Source: a virus (taxonomy: Duplodnaviria > Caudoviricetes). Taken from it: a stretch of DNA of 27,546 bases. The notes beneath the pieces are model-generated. The model ran no database searches, was not told the origin of the DNA, and saw only the letters and a list, made by a program, of their open reading frames with translations. The position numbers were made by a program, and so were the translations under genes. The stretch covers positions 1 to 27,546 of IMG/VR virus record IMGVR_UViG_3300037458_000257; one strand, written 5' to 3'. Numbering within the stretch: position 1 is the stretch's first letter; every line of letters starts with the position of its first letter. Below are positions 24,055 through 27,546 of this stretch, piece after piece.

Positions 24055-26351
24055 TACATTGCATCTCCATTACTTTTGATGGCCATTTCTACTCTTTCTA
24101 TTTTTCTTACAGACTCTGCCATTAGTTGTCTGATATCAGTGAGCACGTCTAGTTCGCCGCCATCTCCCTTACTTATCAGCTCTTTTATCAAATCATCAGT
24201 GGTTTTGACTTTAGGCGGTTCTGGTTGCTTTACTTTTGGTGGAGCCTTATCTTTTGGTTCTGCATCTGAAGTCATAACTTCGCGAGCTATGTCTGCTCCG
24301 ACTAATCCAGTTGCTAGCGCCGTACCAATTCCAGGAACTAAGCTAGCTAATCCTGCGCCTGCGTTTAGTCCTGCTCCTACCCAATCACCTTCGAGAGCAT
24401 CAGATATTGCCATGCCGCCGCCTACTACAAGTCCTAACCCCGGAATAAATCTTGCTGCGGTTCTTCCTGCGAGAGTCCCTAGCCCAATCTTACCCGCAGT
24501 CTTTGCTCCTGCCTTACCTGCGGCGCCTGCTGCTGCACCTCCAAGTCCAAGAACCTTAGCTGCGCCTTTGAGTGCAAGCTTGCCAATAAAGGCAGCTAGT
24601 CCACCCATTGCAGCGCCTAGAAGACCTACTGCACCTGTTGCGGCTGCTAGTGTTGCTAAAAGACCCGATAGTCCTTCGGTGCCTGTTAGATTGCGAATCA
24701 TTTCTCCGAAGTCTTTGAAGATAGTAGTTGTGTCGGCAAACTCTCTAAGCTTTGCAGTGATAGTATTTAAGCCGTTAACCATTGCATTTACTGCATCCTT
24801 ACCTTCGCCACCTAGTAGGTCAGTGAAAGCCTTGATGCCAGTATATTCTAGCGTCGCTCTAAACTTATTCATGGCGTCTTCTACCATTGCTGCACCTTCT
24901 GCAGCCTCTCCCACGCTCGACATGTAATCTCGGAACTGTGCGTCTGTTAGCTTTTCTACTGTTGTATTATTAGCCTTTGCTGCTTTGATTCTTTCTTCTG
25001 CAAGACGTTGTTCAGCCTGTTCAGCCGTAAGACCAAAGGTACCTAATACGTTGGCCATTTGCCCAACTTCGCCGCCTGCTAATGCAAAGGCTGCAATCAG
25101 CTGCTTTTGTCCCGATAACTGTTTGCCCATTGCAACAACTTCTTCTACGCGGAACGGCTTGCCCGCTTTCATGTCGTCTACCATATCAGCAAACTGCATA
25201 GCCATCTCTGGGCTTACTTGTGCAAGCATTCTAAAGGATTCCGATGCTTGCGGTATCGGTGCTGCTGCCATGTCTGTAAACATTTCTAGCATCTTTTCTC
25301 CCGGAGGACCTAGAGAACCAAATGCTGTGCTAATTGTCTTAAACGAATCTAATGCCTTAGCTCTTTCTTCTGGAGCCATAGTAAAGAACATGCGTTGTAA
25401 ATCATCTCTATCTAGCATCTTCTTCGAGCTTTCTTCCATCTGCTTTCTAGATATACCTAGTATCTTAGAATATGCAGTTAGTCGTTCAACGTTTTCTTTA
25501 ATGGCTCTAGTTTGTTCTGCTTGTGATCTGCGAGAGAACACACCTACTAGTCGTTGCTGATCTAAATACTCAGCAACGTATTCTGTAGCATCTGCTGTTG
25601 TTAGGCCGTATCTTGCTAAACCACCGCTGAGTTCTCCGACTTGAGTAGTTAGCTTAACAATTCCCGTAACTCCCTTCGATACCATGACGTTCGAGTATTT
25701 CTCTGAGAGGGCTGTTAAGGCCTCCATTGTCATGCCCGTGCTTGCCATAGCTCCTGCGAATTCTACCAATCCGCCTTCTACACGAATACCTGTTTCGGCT
25801 AGGTTCTTTAGTGTACCGGAGATTTTCTTAACACTAGAAATTACTTGTCCTATTAAGCTTCCCACCAAACCCATGCCTGAAATAAATCCGGCACCCGGGC
25901 CTGACCATACCGACTTAAGAAAGCCTCCGAACTTTCCTAAACCTGTGCTTGCTAGTCCTAGCTCTCCGGTAAAAGATCCTAGTCCCGCTGCTGCCGCACC
26001 TAAGCCAGAGGTCATTGTAGAGAACATATCCTTACCAACACCTGCCATCGTTCCGCGGGCGCTGCCACGAAGATTTAGCCCCGCTCCACCACGAAGGTTC
26101 AGTTGTCTTTGTTCCTTTCCTTGATTCTTGATTTCTTCAAAGAGCTTTTTCTGTACTTTTGAATCGTTGGTGTCAACCTTACCGCCTGCCTTGCAACATT
26201 CGAGAAGCTTCTGCATAGCTTCGGTTTGCTTTGCATTCAGTTCGAAACTTTTCTCCAGTTGAGCAACGACCTTCTTTAGGGTAATTTCGTTAGCCCATTC
26301 TGGAACATCTGCTCCAAATGTCGCACCGGTAATGTTTACGTCTTCAGACAT
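24054..26351 (-). CDS. Tape-measure-like / baseplate hub protein
   Basis: 765 aa, Ala/Gly-rich helical with hydrophobic segments; divergent from the gp26-like gene. Confidence 0.65.
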   Translation of the reverse strand: MSEDVNITGATFGADVPEWANEITLKKVVAQLEKSFELNAKQTEAMQKLLECCKAGGKVDTNDSKVQKKLFEEIKNQGKEQRQLNLRGGAGLNLRGSARGTMAGVGKDMFSTMTSGLGAAAAGLGSFTGELGLASTGLGKFGGFLKSVWSGPGAGFISGMGLVGSLIGQVISSVKKISGTLKNLAETGIRVEGGLVEFAGAMASTGMTMEALTALSEKYSNVMVSKGVTGIVKLTTQVGELSGGLARYGLTTADATEYVAEYLDQQRLVGVFSRRSQAEQTRAIKENVERLTAYSKILGISRKQMEESSKKMLDRDDLQRMFFTMAPEERAKALDSFKTISTAFGSLGPPGEKMLEMFTDMAAAPIPQASESFRMLAQVSPEMAMQFADMVDDMKAGKPFRVEEVVAMGKQLSGQKQLIAAFALAGGEVGQMANVLGTFGLTAEQAEQRLAEERIKAAKANNTTVEKLTDAQFRDYMSSVGEAAEGAAMVEDAMNKFRATLEYTGIKAFTDLLGGEGKDAVNAMVNGLNTITAKLREFADTTTIFKDFGEMIRNLTGTEGLSGLLATLAAATGAVGLLGAAMGGLAAFIGKLALKGAAKVLGLGGAAAGAAGKAGAKTAGKIGLGTLAGRTAARFIPGLGLVVGGGMAISDALEGDWVGAGLNAGAGLASLVPGIGTALATGLVGADIAREVMTSDAEPKDKAPPKVKQPEPPKVKTTDDLIKELISKGDGGELDVLTDIRQLMAESVRKIERVEMAIKSNGDAM

Positions 26352-26374
26352 TCTTGACCACCATTATATACGCT

Positions 26375-26420
26375 GATAAATACTACGGAAAGAAGTAGTT
26401 ATCTACTTGCTTTATTTATC
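26375..26420. promoter_or_regulatory. Pair of face-to-face late promoter motifs
   Basis: GATAAATA on + at 26375-26382 and on - at 26420-26413. Confidence 0.55.
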
Positions 26421-26437
26421 ACAATAGGAAATGCATT

Positions 26438-27280
26438 ATGTCTGAGATCAACCCGCTGAAGAAGTTTTATCGTGGAGTAAACACATATATCAAGATTCCG
26501 TCGATGGGTAACTTCTATGAACCGGGCGTTATCGAACTCAACGATGAACTGGAACTGGGTATTATGCCTATGACTGCACAGGATGAGCTAACACTGAAAA
26601 ATCCTGATGCTTTGTTATCGGGACAAGCGGTTGTCGATGTTATCAAGAGTTGCGTTCCTGGAGCTAAGAATCCAAGAAAGCTGCTCGCATGTGACGTAGA
26701 CGCTATTATGATCGGCATTCGTTCTGCTTCCTATGGTGAAGAAGCAACTATTACCTCAAAGTGTCCTGCATGTAAAGCGGAAAATACCTTTGGTCTAAAC
26801 CTAAGTATGTTGCTAACTACTGCCGAACGCCTCGACGATCATTACGAGATTGTTCTCGAAAATGGCGTCACGGTTTTTATGGCACCGGGCACATTTGAAA
26901 TGATTGTTCGTAATCAAAGAACAGCCTTTGAAAACAGCAAACTCGAAAAAGCTATTGCTAGCCCCGATCTAAGCGACGACGAAAAGATGCGCATTATATC
27001 AGTGGCTTTTGAAAAGCTCACGAAGCTAAACTTCGAACTCATCATAAACAATGTTACTAAGATTGTCTTTACTGACGAAAACGGTGTTACAGAAGTAACA
27101 AATAGAAAGCATATTGAAGATTTTATACGCAATGTAACAAGTGCTGATGTGAATAAAATCGAAAAGAGAATGTTAGAAATTAACAAAATGGGAATTGTAC
27201 AGACTCTCGATGCAGTATGTAAGACTTGTAATCATACATGGAAGGCAGCCATCGAATTTAACCCGGTAAATTTTTCCTAA
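26438..27280 (+). CDS. Baseplate hub assembly protein (T4 gp26-like)
   Basis: PMTAQDEL...D.DAIMIGIRSASYGE...CPAC and C-terminal CKTC...FNPVNF. Confidence 0.8.
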   Translation: MSEINPLKKFYRGVNTYIKIPSMGNFYEPGVIELNDELELGIMPMTAQDELTLKNPDALLSGQAVVDVIKSCVPGAKNPRKLLACDVDAIMIGIRSASYGEEATITSKCPACKAENTFGLNLSMLLTTAERLDDHYEIVLENGVTVFMAPGTFEMIVRNQRTAFENSKLEKAIASPDLSDDEKMRIISVAFEKLTKLNFELIINNVTKIVFTDENGVTEVTNRKHIEDFIRNVTSADVNKIEKRMLEINKMGIVQTLDAVCKTCNHTWKAAIEFNPVNFS

Positions 27281-27513
27281 GGTTTCTAAGTATATCGAAT
27301 CCTGAGGAGATTAGAAACCATATAGCAGACCTTGGGAAGTCGTCGGTAGAGTTAGAAGAGTCGTTAGTGGAGATGTGTTTCCACATGAAAGGCGGCATAA
27401 CTTGGGAAGAAGCATGGGCGATGGCACCTAGACATAGAGAGCTAATTGTACATTACATTACAGAACATTATAAGAGAGAGCGCGAAGCTATCACAGGCAA
27501 AAAGGAACTATAA
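27268..27513 (+). CDS. gp51-like domain in the -1 frame, probably reached by frameshift
   Basis: 81 open codons from the A AAT TTT site: FFLRFLSISNPEEIRNH...HMKGGITWEEAWAMAPRHRELIVHYI...GKKEL. Confidence 0.65.
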   Translation, partial: KFFLRFLSISNPEEIRNHIADLGKSSVELEESLVEMCFHMKGGITWEEAWAMAPRHRELIVHYITEHYKREREAITGKKEL

Positions 27514-27546
27514 CTATGGCATGGCTAGGACACACAAACGAAAAGA

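Noticed and set aside
27516-27546. ORF start MAWLGHTNEK at the window edge
   Set aside because: Too short to assess

Overview
Segment of a large T4-like (myovirus, jumbo-type) phage genome. Positions 1-2110 hold a minus-strand stable-RNA operon, truncated at the window edge: about 11 tRNAs, two tRNA-shaped RNAs with large inserts in place of the anticodon loop, and several structured non-tRNA RNAs including one of ~337 nt. Upstream (2108-2475) are tandem sigma70 promoters, a 52-codon leader ORF missed by the ORF track, and mutually exclusive antiterminator/terminator hairpins. The leader contains all 20 amino acids and 40 different codons, so it looks like a ribosome-dependent attenuator that turns on the tRNA array when any tRNA becomes limiting; this is the best candidate for a new system. 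The rest is virion genes: tail fibres and adhesin, a secreted 6x Ig-repeat protein, a gp14-like neck protein fused to three PKD domains, gp15-like, Nudix, gp23, gp22, gp21, gp20, a tape-measure-like protein, and a gp26-like gene with a probable -1 frameshift into a gp51-like domain. All calls come from reading the sequence by eye; no searches or folding programs were run.
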